56,279 nucleotides of DNA, from positions 1 to 56,279 of the forward strand of contig JAHECN010000003.1 in NCBI GenBank assembly GCA_024641735.1, in the 5' to 3' direction. The stretch's first letter is position 1. Each line of letters opens with the position of its first letter. Shown here in pieces: positions 39,162-48,386 of this stretch. This DNA is from Gemmatimonadota bacterium. Lineage in GTDB: Bacteria > Gemmatimonadota > Gemmatimonadetes > Gemmatimonadales > GWC2-71-9. The position numbers and the translations under genes were made by a program. Under the pieces are notes generated by a model. It saw nothing but the letters and a program-made list of their open reading frames with translations. It was not told the DNA's origin and searched no databases.

Positions 39162-40150
39162 CCGGGCACCCTCCGGCGCGTCCCGAAGACGCGCGGTTGG
39201 GTCATTCGGTTGATGAAGGGCACCAGTGCATTCATCAAGAGGATCGCATACATCACGCCTTCCGGGAGTCCGCCCCAGAGTCGGATCACCACGACAAGTA
39301 CACCGATCCCGGCACCGAAGATCCATCGTCCCGTGTTGGTGACTGGTGAGGTCACCATGTCCGTTGCCATGTAGACCGCGCCGAGCATCAGGCCACCGGA
39401 GAAGAGCATGAACCAGGCGTCAGGATGCGTCGGGTCGACCGTGTGCATCACGGTGGCGAGGAGGGCGGTGCTCAACAGGACACTCACCGGAATGCGCCAG
39501 TTGAGATAGCCGCGCCACGCCAGGTACGCTCCACCCGCAAGGATGACCAACGCCGCCGTTTCGCCGAGCGAGCCACCGGTGGTGCCGAGGATCAATTCCC
39601 GGAGTGGGGTGAGGGTGCCCTCAAATTTGTGCAGCCCCAGCGGGGTTGCCTCGGTGAGCGCGTCCGTCTGGGCGCTGGTGAATGGGAACGCGAAGGTGTC
39701 GCCGCGGAGGGTCCAGAAACTCTGACCGGCTGCGGGCCATGTCGTGATGGCAACCGGGAAGGCCGCCTGCAAGAAGGCCCGCCCGATCAATGCCGGGTTG
39801 AAGACATTCTGCCCGAGGCCGCCAAAGACCAGTTTGCCGAAGCCGACGCCGAAGATCCCGCCCAGCACGGCCATCCAGAGTGGCAGCCCCGCCGGTAGGC
39901 AGAGCCCGAGGAGGATGCCCGTGATCACCGCAGAACCGTCGCCGAGGGTGTCGCCCCGCCCGAAGCCGCGTTCCGTCACCAGGGCACCGATCGTGGTGGC
40001 CGCAATGACCAGCAGGGCGCTGATGCCGAAACTGAAGCCCGCGACGGCGATCACCGGGAGCAGGCTCAGCACGACATGCCACATGATCCGCGGGGTGGAG
40101 TCGCGATCCTTGAGGTGCGGCGAGGCCGTGACGACGAGTGGAGTACTCAT
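39158..40150 (-). CDS. rnfD: Rnf complex subunit D
   Basis: SPH, GGLGQNVFNPALIG, TEATPL (FMN threonine), ATDMVTSP and PEGVMYAILLMN motifs. Confidence 0.95.
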   Translation of the reverse strand: MSTPLVVTASPHLKDRDSTPRIMWHVVLSLLPVIAVAGFSFGISALLVIAATTIGALVTERGFGRGDTLGDGSAVITGILLGLCLPAGLPLWMAVLGGIFGVGFGKLVFGGLGQNVFNPALIGRAFLQAAFPVAITTWPAAGQSFWTLRGDTFAFPFTSAQTDALTEATPLGLHKFEGTLTPLRELILGTTGGSLGETAALVILAGGAYLAWRGYLNWRIPVSVLLSTALLATVMHTVDPTHPDAWFMLFSGGLMLGAVYMATDMVTSPVTNTGRWIFGAGIGVLVVVIRLWGGLPEGVMYAILLMNALVPFINRMTQPRVFGTRRRVPG

Positions 40151-41475
40151 GGGGCGCTCGCCTGTGCGCGGCGCAATCCGGCCTTGCTGACCTGGAAGAG
40201 CTGCGACAACGGGATATTGGAAGGACAGACATAGGAGCAGGATCCGCAGAGCATGCAATCCGAAAGATGGGCGTCGGTCATCTCGTCATAGCGGCCGACC
40301 CGCGCGAGGTCTCCGAGGAGTGACGGGTTCAGGAAGACCGGGCAGGCATCGAGGCAGCGGCCGCAATGGATGCACGGATACACACGTTCCGTGCGCGTTT
40401 CCTGGCGGGCGAGGACCACGATGCCGGTGGTGCCCTTGGTGATCGGGGCGTCGAGGTTGGCCTGGGCGAGGCCCATCATCGGGCCACCGGCAATCACTTG
40501 GGCCGCATCGGCCGTGAGGCCGCCGCACTGATCAAGCAGGTCACGCAGCTTGGTGCCAACCGGCACGATCAGGTTGGCCGGACGGGTCAGCCCATGTCCC
40601 GTGACGGTGACGATCCGCTCAATCAGGGGAAGCCCGGTCTCGAACACTTCCGCAATTGCCGCGGCCGATCCGACATTCTGTACGACCACGCCAGCAGAGA
40701 CCGGAAGTTTTCCGGACGCGACCTCGTGGCCCGTCACCGCGTGGATCAGCATCTTCTCTGCGCCCTGCGGATACTTGACCGTGAGCGGCAGGATCGTGAT
40801 GTCGAGATCGGTCGGGATGGTCCGGGTCAGGGCCTCGATGGCGTCAGGCTTGTTCCGCTCTACGCCGATCACCGCTTTGGAAACGCCGAGCGTCTGCATC
40901 ATCACGCGAATGCCGAAATGCACCCGCTTGGGGTATTCCGCCATCGTGCGGTGATCGGAGGTGAGGTACGGCTCGCATTCCGCCCCATTGATGATCAGCG
41001 TATGGATCGGAAAATCCTTGGGTGGCGCCAGTTTGACGTGGGTCGGGAAGCCGGCCCCACCGAGGCCAACGACGCCGGCATCTTGCACCGCCTGGACCAC
41101 CTCATCCACCGAGAGGCCTTCCCAGTGCGGAACCATCCGGGGGCGCGGGATCTGTGGTGCATAGGGGTCCACGAGAATCCGGACCGCCATTGCCATCGTG
41201 CCATCAGGATGCGGCCACCAGTCGACGTCCACGACCTTGCCGGCGGCGGAGGAGTGAATCGGCACGGAGATGTAGCCGTCGGCCTCTCCCACCTTGTCGC
41301 CGCGCTCGACCCGGTCGCCCACCTTGACGCAGAGTGTCGCCGGCTTCCCGGCGTGTTGCCGGAGCGGGAGGACGATCTCCTTGGGGTACGCCATCCGCCG
41401 GATCGGAAGCTGTGCCGTCAGCTCCTTCGATTCCGGCGGATGCACGCCGTGCGCGAACCCGGAAGTGAACCACAT
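40147..41475 (-). CDS. rnfC: Rnf complex subunit C
   Basis: GVHP, GLGGAGFPTHVK, NGAECEPYLTSD, YPQGAEK, GGPMMG and two CxxCxxCxxxCP motifs. Confidence 0.96.
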   Translation of the reverse strand: MWFTSGFAHGVHPPESKELTAQLPIRRMAYPKEIVLPLRQHAGKPATLCVKVGDRVERGDKVGEADGYISVPIHSSAAGKVVDVDWWPHPDGTMAMAVRILVDPYAPQIPRPRMVPHWEGLSVDEVVQAVQDAGVVGLGGAGFPTHVKLAPPKDFPIHTLIINGAECEPYLTSDHRTMAEYPKRVHFGIRVMMQTLGVSKAVIGVERNKPDAIEALTRTIPTDLDITILPLTVKYPQGAEKMLIHAVTGHEVASGKLPVSAGVVVQNVGSAAAIAEVFETGLPLIERIVTVTGHGLTRPANLIVPVGTKLRDLLDQCGGLTADAAQVIAGGPMMGLAQANLDAPITKGTTGIVVLARQETRTERVYPCIHCGRCLDACPVFLNPSLLGDLARVGRYDEMTDAHLSDCMLCGSCSYVCPSNIPLSQLFQVSKAGLRRAQASAP

Positions 41476-44400
41476 CAGTTGAACTTCTCCGCCCGCGCGA
41501 CCCACTTTGCCAGGTCCTTCTCCTTCGGATTCAACGGCGTGCCGGGATGGATCAGCGCCACCGGGCAGCGTTCTGCCGCCAGCACCAACTGCTGGAAGGT
41601 GCCGGCCGTTGCATCCTTGATGTAGGCCTGCTTCACGTCGTTGTAGGCGAACATCCGGCTGTTGAGGTTGGTGCACTCGTTGCACGTGGTGCAGTTGGCG
41701 GAATCGATGTACGCCTCAAGGGTGAGGGGTGCGTCGTCCCCGGCCTCAGGCGCAACCGGAGCGGCCGTCGGTGTGGCAACGGGAGCCGATGCCGCCGGTT
41801 CTGGGGCGCTGGGTGGTGTGGCGGCCACGGGTGTCGGAGCAACTGCAGCCTCTGCTATGCCGTGGCCATTGCCAGAGGATGCCGTGGCCGCCGAGGCCGG
41901 CAATGTTGCCAGGAGGTCGGCGATCACGGCACCACCGCCTTGCTTCATCAATCCTTCGACGAGTCGCTTGGCGATTTCCCGTGGATAGTTGGCGCGCATC
42001 GCTGCGAGTGACGCATCGAACTCGGCGCGCAACGTGGCCTCGCGCTGGGCGTACGCGGTGTCCAGATCTCGTGCGACGAGATCGCGAACACTCTCCGACA
42101 CTTCGACGCCCGCGAGCTGCCGCAACTGCGACCAGTACTCGAGTCGCTCCTGCGCCAGAGTTGCCATCGCTGGTGCCACACGCATCCGGCGCAACCGGCG
42201 TTCCCGGGTCACCCCATGAATGAATGCCACCTTCCCCTCACGTTCGTCGAACGGGATGGTGATGTACTCATGGAATGGCACCATCGCATCGTCCCACTGT
42301 TCGGGCGGTACTTCCGTGAAGTGCTGCTTGAATCGCGTCTCAGTGGCCGCCCAATCCGCGATGGTCAGCGGTAACGTCATGGTCTGTTCGGCGCCGTCTT
42401 CGTCGACATACGCGAGGGAGTACTCGGGCCAATCGGTGTCGACTGACGGGTTGCCATCCAGGCTCATGCAGTCGGCGAAGGACGGGCCCCCATCGGGGTC
42501 ATAGCTGAAGAACGGGAAGGCCCGGCTCTCCAACGAGAGGCGCGCCGCGTGCTGTGCCCAGTCGTCGGCGAGGCCGTGCTCCACCGGGCATGGCGTGTAG
42601 ATGTTGAAGATCGCCGGGCGCCGCTTCTGAAGGCCCTTGAGCACGCCGCTGAGCAGGTGGGACGCCGCTGCCTGCGAGGATTGGTGGACGAAGACCCCGC
42701 GGTGTGCGATCGCCAGCAGGCCGAGTTCCTTGCGCACTTCGGTCTTGCCGGACTGCGCCTTGCCGAAGGCCGACATGTCGGCGACCTGTCCCGTGAACCC
42801 GCTGGTGCACGCCTGTCCACCGGTATTGGAATAGACCTGTGTGTCGAGGACGACGACCCGGATCGGCTTTCCGGAGGCGAGGAGTCGTGAGAGGTTCTGG
42901 AAGCCGATGTCGAGCATCGCCCCGTCGCCGCCCATCGCGACAATCGGAGGGCAGAGATGGAATTCGTCATCCGTGAGCTGCTGCCAATCGAGGCGATTGA
43001 GCTCCGGTTCCATCGTGGCCGCGTCATAGCTCCCCTCGGCCAACGCGCGTGCGCGCCGAATGGCGATGAAGCCGTCGGTCATCTTCCGCATGTGCGCTTC
43101 GAAGAGGCCGATCGCGATCGATGGCGAATCCTGGAAGAGGTGGTTCACCCATGGGAAGGGGTACGGGTTGTACGGGTACGTGCTTCCCCAGACGGAGGAA
43201 CAGCCCGTCGAGTTGGCCATACCCAGCGACGCGCGTCCCTTGCCACTCGGTCCCTTGACGTAACGCCACTGCAGGTCCGTGATGGCGCGAAGCGATTCGT
43301 TGAGCAGTGCCAGTTCGGCGCGCTTGGCGTCCGCCATCGGGACTGCGACGGAATCTTTCGAGGCCTCCGCCGCAGCCAGGTCCACACCTGAGGCCACCAG
43401 CGCGCGGGCCTTGGCGTCGAGTGTGGCAATCAGGTCGTCGAGTTCACGAACCTGCGCGGCGACGCGCGGGGCCATCATCGCGTGAATCGCCGACACAATC
43501 AGGTGGACGGTCGTCTTCTCACCGCACCCCATGCAGGCGCCGTCGCCGCCGACCATCGAGCGGTAGGTCTCCTTCTTGAGCAACATCGAGGAGAGAACGC
43601 CAATCCCCTCGCTCATGTCGGCAATGTTGATGAATCGATCATTGGTGTCCGGAAGGTGCTGCCAGACGGCCCAGTTGCGACGCAGTTCCGCGAGGTTGGC
43701 GTCGTCCTGCTTGACGGTGATCAGCGCACCATCCGGGCAGACCTCCACACAGAGGTTGCATCCTTTGCACGCTTCCGGATTGACCGTGATCGACAGCAGG
43801 CCACCACCACCCTTGGACTTCGACTCGTGGGTGTCGAAGAAGGGCCGGGTCCGTGCCAGCGGGAACTCGGCCAATTGGCTCTGAATCACGGCGTGTTCCA
43901 CATCCGTGGCGGCACGACGCTCTGCGTCCCACGACATCTTGGCGGCCACCGCCTGATATCCCTGCGCGAAGGCGTCGGAGACGCTCAGGCTGGAATCCTT
44001 GCCGAGGAGGGTGTGGGTTTCACGCGCCCAGTGCTTGACGATCGGTCGCACCTTCCCGAACGTTGCGCCGTTCGTGGTGCTCCGAATCACCGCGTCGATG
44101 ACTTCTTCGGCGCTGTTCACGACGCCGGGGATCGCCGAGTCGGGACACTGGACCCAGCACTGCGAGCAGCCGGTGCACTTGTCGGCGATGAACGCCGGGA
44201 CCTCAAGGCGCACACCGCTCATGTCTCGCACGCTGCTGGTCACCGCGGGAATGGCGCTGATCGCAGCAAAGGGGTCGGCGATCCCGTCCTCGCCGAGGGT
44301 GCACATGGAGCAGACCTGCTCCCAAAAACGCCCCTCATGCCCGATGCCCTCAGCGGCATCATTGGCGGACATCAGGACCGGCATCTGGGGGACTTCCCCG

Positions 44401-46529
44401 CGCTCGTCGGGGATCTCCGTGCTGGACCCGATCACTTCGTGGAGCTCGTCGTAGCCGCGACGGATGACGCGCAGGTTGTCCTGGACCACCTGGTCGCCAC
44501 GATGCCCGAACTTCTTGGTGAGCTGCTTGGTAATGCCCTTGAAGAGCGCTTCTTCCGACACGCCTTCCTTTTCGCGCAGCGGTGAGGTGCGGAAGAAGGC
44601 GCCCATGAAGGCGGCACCCTGCATCCGGTACCGCAGCTCAGCGTCCGAGGCCTCGCTCATCGCGATCGCGAACGCGTCCAGCACATAGAGGCGGATCTTG
44701 CGATCGATGATCGTGCGGCGCGCCTTGGCCGGCAGCGTCTGCCAGAATTCGTCCGGCGGAAGATCGGACTGGATGACAAAGACGCCATGGTCCGCGAGCC
44801 CGGCGAGCGGGTCACTGTGCCGGAACACATTGGGGTCGGGCGACAGCACGACATCCACGTACTTGAGCTCACAGTTGAGCCGAAGCGGTTCGTGCGCGAG
44901 CACGGCGTAGAAGGTCGTCGGCTGCCCCTTCTTCTCGGAGCCGTACTTCGGATTGGCCTTCACCTGGAGGCCGAAGAGCTCGAACGCCGTCATCGCAACA
45001 TTCTTGCCCATGGTGATGGCACCCCAGCCACCGACCGAATGGATGCGCAGCGCGGTTGAACTTGCCGGAAGCATGTTGACCGGTGCCGCCGGTGTGAGCG
45101 ACAGCTCCGTCAGATGCGGGTAATGATCCACCAACTCTTCTTGCCAGATCTGGAGCTTCGGTGCCCGGGTCGCCTGACGGACGAAGTCGATGCCGAGATA
45201 GAACTGCCGCTGACGTCCGCCGTCCGGCAGCATGTTCTCGACGGCAGCGACGATGTCCCCCGGCTGCAAGTCACGACTGCCAAGGCCGAAGCAACCGCTG
45301 AAGAAGTCGGGCACCTGTTCCGGTCGGAGCGGGCGAACGCCAGCGTGGGCATCCGGAGAGCGGGAATTCTCCACGCCCTGTGCCATCGCCGCGCGAATCT
45401 CCCGAAGCAACGGCGCGTCCACGGCGAGCGGTTGATCGACGCGCTCCAACACGGTGACGCCCTTCTTGCCGGCAAGGAGCGCCGTGAGGACGTCCGCCGG
45501 GAAGGGGCGGAACATGGTCAGGTGGACGACGCCGACTTTCAGCCCGCGAGTCGCCCGGAGATGGTCGGCCACGACTTCCGCGTTGGAGCAGACCGACCCC
45601 TGGCCGAGGATGACATACTCGGCGTCATCGAGGCGATACCCCATCGCTCGGGCGTAGCGCCGACCGGTCAACGCGGCGTACTCTGCAAAGGCGCGTTCCG
45701 ACAGCTCACGAATGTGATCGAAGTAGAAAGGCCGTTGCGCCGCCACGCCCTGTGCGTAGCTGTCCTGATTCTGCACCGTCCCCAGCATGGCCGGGTAGTC
45801 GAGGTCAAACATCTCCGGGATCCGCCGACGCGTGGCACCGAACACCATGCGTTGGGCGGGAGTCGGGGAGTCGATCAGGTCGCTCGGATCCCCGAGGTAC
45901 TCCTTGATCAAGGCAGGCTCGGGAAGGCGCAGCGACTCGATGACGTGACTGGTGAGAAAGCCATCCTGGGCCACCAGCCCGGGATTCAGCGACAACTCAG
46001 CGATGCGGTGTGCGATCAACGTGAGATCCGCGGTCTCCTGCACATCCTTGGCAAAGAGCTGGAAGAATCCGGTATCGTCGACGGCGTGATAGTCATCGTG
46101 CCCGGCGTGCACGTTCAGCGCGTGCTTGGTCATGGCGCGCGCGGCGACGTTGAGCACGTAGGTCAGGCGCTTGCCGACCGCCGCGTAGAGCGACTCGTGC
46201 ATGTACGCGATACCCTGACCGCTCGAGAAGTTGGTCGAACGGAGCCCTGCCATGCTCATGCCCGCGGTGACCGCGGCGGCAGCATGTTCGCCTTCCGGCT
46301 CGAAGAAGAGCAGGCGTCGGCCGAACACGTTTGGGGTGCCCTCGGCGACAGCCGCCGCCCATCCCTCACCCATCTGCGTGGATGGCGTGATCGGATAGGC
46401 GCCGGCGGCTTCGCTGGCGCCGGTCTCCATCGCGACGACCGCGGAACTGCCGTCGAGCGCCACCAGTTTGCCGGGGTACTTCACGGTGGCCGCCTGGGGG
46501 ACCGCGGCTTCCTTCGTCTTGAAAAACAT
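41475..46529 (-). CDS. single-chain pyruvate/2-oxoacid:ferredoxin oxidoreductase (NifJ-like, 1684 aa) with C-terminal tethered ferredoxin
   Basis: YPITP, FRPFP, GLGSRD, CTGCSQCWVQCP, CKGCNLCVEVCP, GACMGCGE, TGCSSVWG, GGDG and VYSNTGGQ motifs; tail CTTCNEC...CP; ATG at 46529. Confidence 0.92.
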   Translation of the reverse strand: MFFKTKEAAVPQAATVKYPGKLVALDGSSAVVAMETGASEAAGAYPITPSTQMGEGWAAAVAEGTPNVFGRRLLFFEPEGEHAAAAVTAGMSMAGLRSTNFSSGQGIAYMHESLYAAVGKRLTYVLNVAARAMTKHALNVHAGHDDYHAVDDTGFFQLFAKDVQETADLTLIAHRIAELSLNPGLVAQDGFLTSHVIESLRLPEPALIKEYLGDPSDLIDSPTPAQRMVFGATRRRIPEMFDLDYPAMLGTVQNQDSYAQGVAAQRPFYFDHIRELSERAFAEYAALTGRRYARAMGYRLDDAEYVILGQGSVCSNAEVVADHLRATRGLKVGVVHLTMFRPFPADVLTALLAGKKGVTVLERVDQPLAVDAPLLREIRAAMAQGVENSRSPDAHAGVRPLRPEQVPDFFSGCFGLGSRDLQPGDIVAAVENMLPDGGRQRQFYLGIDFVRQATRAPKLQIWQEELVDHYPHLTELSLTPAAPVNMLPASSTALRIHSVGGWGAITMGKNVAMTAFELFGLQVKANPKYGSEKKGQPTTFYAVLAHEPLRLNCELKYVDVVLSPDPNVFRHSDPLAGLADHGVFVIQSDLPPDEFWQTLPAKARRTIIDRKIRLYVLDAFAIAMSEASDAELRYRMQGAAFMGAFFRTSPLREKEGVSEEALFKGITKQLTKKFGHRGDQVVQDNLRVIRRGYDELHEVIGSSTEIPDERGEVPQMPVLMSANDAAEGIGHEGRFWEQVCSMCTLGEDGIADPFAAISAIPAVTSSVRDMSGVRLEVPAFIADKCTGCSQCWVQCPDSAIPGVVNSAEEVIDAVIRSTTNGATFGKVRPIVKHWARETHTLLGKDSSLSVSDAFAQGYQAVAAKMSWDAERRAATDVEHAVIQSQLAEFPLARTRPFFDTHESKSKGGGGLLSITVNPEACKGCNLCVEVCPDGALITVKQDDANLAELRRNWAVWQHLPDTNDRFINIADMSEGIGVLSSMLLKKETYRSMVGGDGACMGCGEKTTVHLIVSAIHAMMAPRVAAQVRELDDLIATLDAKARALVASGVDLAAAEASKDSVAVPMADAKRAELALLNESLRAITDLQWRYVKGPSGKGRASLGMANSTGCSSVWGSTYPYNPYPFPWVNHLFQDSPSIAIGLFEAHMRKMTDGFIAIRRARALAEGSYDAATMEPELNRLDWQQLTDDEFHLCPPIVAMGGDGAMLDIGFQNLSRLLASGKPIRVVVLDTQVYSNTGGQACTSGFTGQVADMSAFGKAQSGKTEVRKELGLLAIAHRGVFVHQSSQAAASHLLSGVLKGLQKRRPAIFNIYTPCPVEHGLADDWAQHAARLSLESRAFPFFSYDPDGGPSFADCMSLDGNPSVDTDWPEYSLAYVDEDGAEQTMTLPLTIADWAATETRFKQHFTEVPPEQWDDAMVPFHEYITIPFDEREGKVAFIHGVTRERRLRRMRVAPAMATLAQERLEYWSQLRQLAGVEVSESVRDLVARDLDTAYAQREATLRAEFDASLAAMRANYPREIAKRLVEGLMKQGGGAVIADLLATLPASAATASSGNGHGIAEAAVAPTPVAATPPSAPEPAASAPVATPTAAPVAPEAGDDAPLTLEAYIDSANCTTCNECTNLNSRMFAYNDVKQAYIKDATAGTFQQLVLAAERCPVALIHPGTPLNPKEKDLAKWVARAEKFN

Positions 46530-47359
46530 TATGCTGCCTCCGAGACCGGTGCACGGGTGAACTGTGCGCCGGAGAGCCAAACGATTGCGTTGGTTGGACA
46601 TCGGGCGACGGCGCGGGCATCCGCGAGCGCCGCCAGTTCCTGATTCACGACTGCCACTCCGCTGGCGATGCTGATCAATCCCGGCTCCGCGTCCTGCACG
46701 CACTTGCCGCATGCGGTGCACGCGACCTCGCACTGGGAGAGGATGTCGTCACCGACCATCAGGTTCTTGCACTGCACCAGGAGTGGCTGATCGACGGGGA
46801 GAATGGTGAACAACGTCTTGGGGCATGCCTCCACGCAGTCGCCGCACGCGGTACAGGCCACGGGGTCGACAACCGGGATGCCGTGGGCATTCATGTGGAT
46901 CGCGCCGAAGTCGCAACTGCGCTCGCAGTCGGCGAGACCGAGGCAGCCCCAGGTGCAGCCCTTGCCGCCCCCAGCGACCGCGGCGGCGGCTCCACAGGTC
47001 GCCACGCCACGGTATTCCGCGCGTTGGATCGCCACGTCGGTGCCGCCGGCACAGAGCAGGCGGGCCACCCGTTTCACGGCGACGCCGGCGTCCACCCCGA
47101 GGTAGCCCGCGATCTGGTCGCGCGAGGCCTCGGTGGCCACCGAACATTGGGAGACTTGGATGGTCCCTGCGACTGCCGCCTCCGCGAACGAACGACAGCC
47201 GGGGAGGCCGCATGCACCGCAGTTCGCGCCGGGAAGAATCGACGTGACGACGCCGATGCGGGGGTCCTCCCACACGGTGAGATTGGCGTTGGCGAGTGCG
47301 ATCAGGATGCCGAACGCCAGCCCTACACCACCAAGAATCAGGATCGCGTCGAGCACCAT
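46529..47359 (-). CDS. rnfB: Rnf complex subunit B
   Basis: N-terminal TM, LPGANCGACGLPGC, CLGLADCERSC and CTACGDCVEACP motifs; ATG at 47359. Confidence 0.93.
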   Translation of the reverse strand: MVLDAILILGGVGLAFGILIALANANLTVWEDPRIGVVTSILPGANCGACGLPGCRSFAEAAVAGTIQVSQCSVATEASRDQIAGYLGVDAGVAVKRVARLLCAGGTDVAIQRAEYRGVATCGAAAAVAGGGKGCTWGCLGLADCERSCDFGAIHMNAHGIPVVDPVACTACGDCVEACPKTLFTILPVDQPLLVQCKNLMVGDDILSQCEVACTACGKCVQDAEPGLISIASGVAVVNQELAALADARAVARCPTNAIVWLSGAQFTRAPVSEAA

Positions 47360-47381
47360 GCTCCGCTCCGGTGTTGGCGCG

Positions 47382-48386
47382 TCAGGCGCCGTCCTGAAGC
47401 CCGGTCTGGCCGAGCAACCACTGCGTGACGCGATCGACGGCGTCCTCTGCCCCGATCGCAGGTGTGCCCGTACCGTCGCGTGCCGGGACCGAGAACGGGG
47501 TCCGCGCGAGATCGGTGAGCAGTCGAACATCCTCTGCCATCTGCCACACGCTGATGCCGTCGATCGGCGCCTTGGGTGCCACGGCGTTCGTGCCAATCGA
47601 CAGACGCTGCCACCCTTCGGCGCCGCCACGCGGATCGTGGGTGAAAGTCGTGCACCCTTCCGGCACCATCGCCACGATCGCGGGTCCGTCGAAGGAGGCC
47701 ACCTGATCCAATCCGGCGCCGTCGACGGTCTGCATCACGAAGGTCCCCGGCGTGATGCACCGGGCGAGCGGGGCGGGCGCACAGGGCCCGCTGACGACCA
47801 ACACCAGCTTGGCGCGACCATCGGCGAAGTCGGTGAGGGCACCAGAGTGGAGATCCGCCCCACGCAGGACGATCACGAGCGGCGGGGCAAAGCGTCGTTC
47901 CGCGCGATTCCAGGTGCGGAACTCCGCTGGATCCAGCAGCCGATCGTGGGTCGCGGCGTCGTAGCGTCCGGCGCGAATCAATTCCGCCAACACGATCGCG
48001 CCAAACGCCTGTCCCGCACGCGCCAGTGCCGCGTCGATCGTGGCACCGAGTTTCCGCCCTTCGGTGACTTCGGTGACAAAGAGGTCCGAGGCCTCGCCGT
48101 TGACTGCCTCCAGCGTCTGCACGGCACGATCGAGCATCGCGAGCGATGCCGGATCGCCGGATCCGAGCGGCGGAAAGAGTGTGGCGAAGCGCCCGGCATC
48201 GATGCGACCCGTCGCGAACTCGCCCAGCTCAAACGCCGCACGCGATGCGCGAATGGCGGGGCTGGCATGGTGTGCGTCAAGGAAGCCACTCGCCTGCGTG
48301 AGTGCGCCCTCCACAGCCGCACGAAACTCGGCAATCGGTTGGGCCAGCGCGTCGAGCGCGACGGCGACCCGAGGATCAGACAGCAT
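47382..48386 (-). CDS. hypothetical protein; degenerate paralog of the PFOR TPP-binding (beta) domain
   Basis: ATG at 48386 overlaps korB; shares YDAAT, PP(L/I)V, FVxQ, PAI and DPxGG blocks with the adjacent PFOR but lacks GDG. Confidence 0.8.
   Translation of the reverse strand: MLSDPRVAVALDALAQPIAEFRAAVEGALTQASGFLDAHHASPAIRASRAAFELGEFATGRIDAGRFATLFPPLGSGDPASLAMLDRAVQTLEAVNGEASDLFVTEVTEGRKLGATIDAALARAGQAFGAIVLAELIRAGRYDAATHDRLLDPAEFRTWNRAERRFAPPLVIVLRGADLHSGALTDFADGRAKLVLVVSGPCAPAPLARCITPGTFVMQTVDGAGLDQVASFDGPAIVAMVPEGCTTFTHDPRGGAEGWQRLSIGTNAVAPKAPIDGISVWQMAEDVRLLTDLARTPFSVPARDGTGTPAIGAEDAVDRVTQWLLGQTGLQDGA

Noticed and set aside
37292-41475. Assignment as Na+-NQR instead of Rnf
   Set aside because: RnfC with two 4Fe-4S motifs and RnfB are present, and there is no NqrF-like gene.
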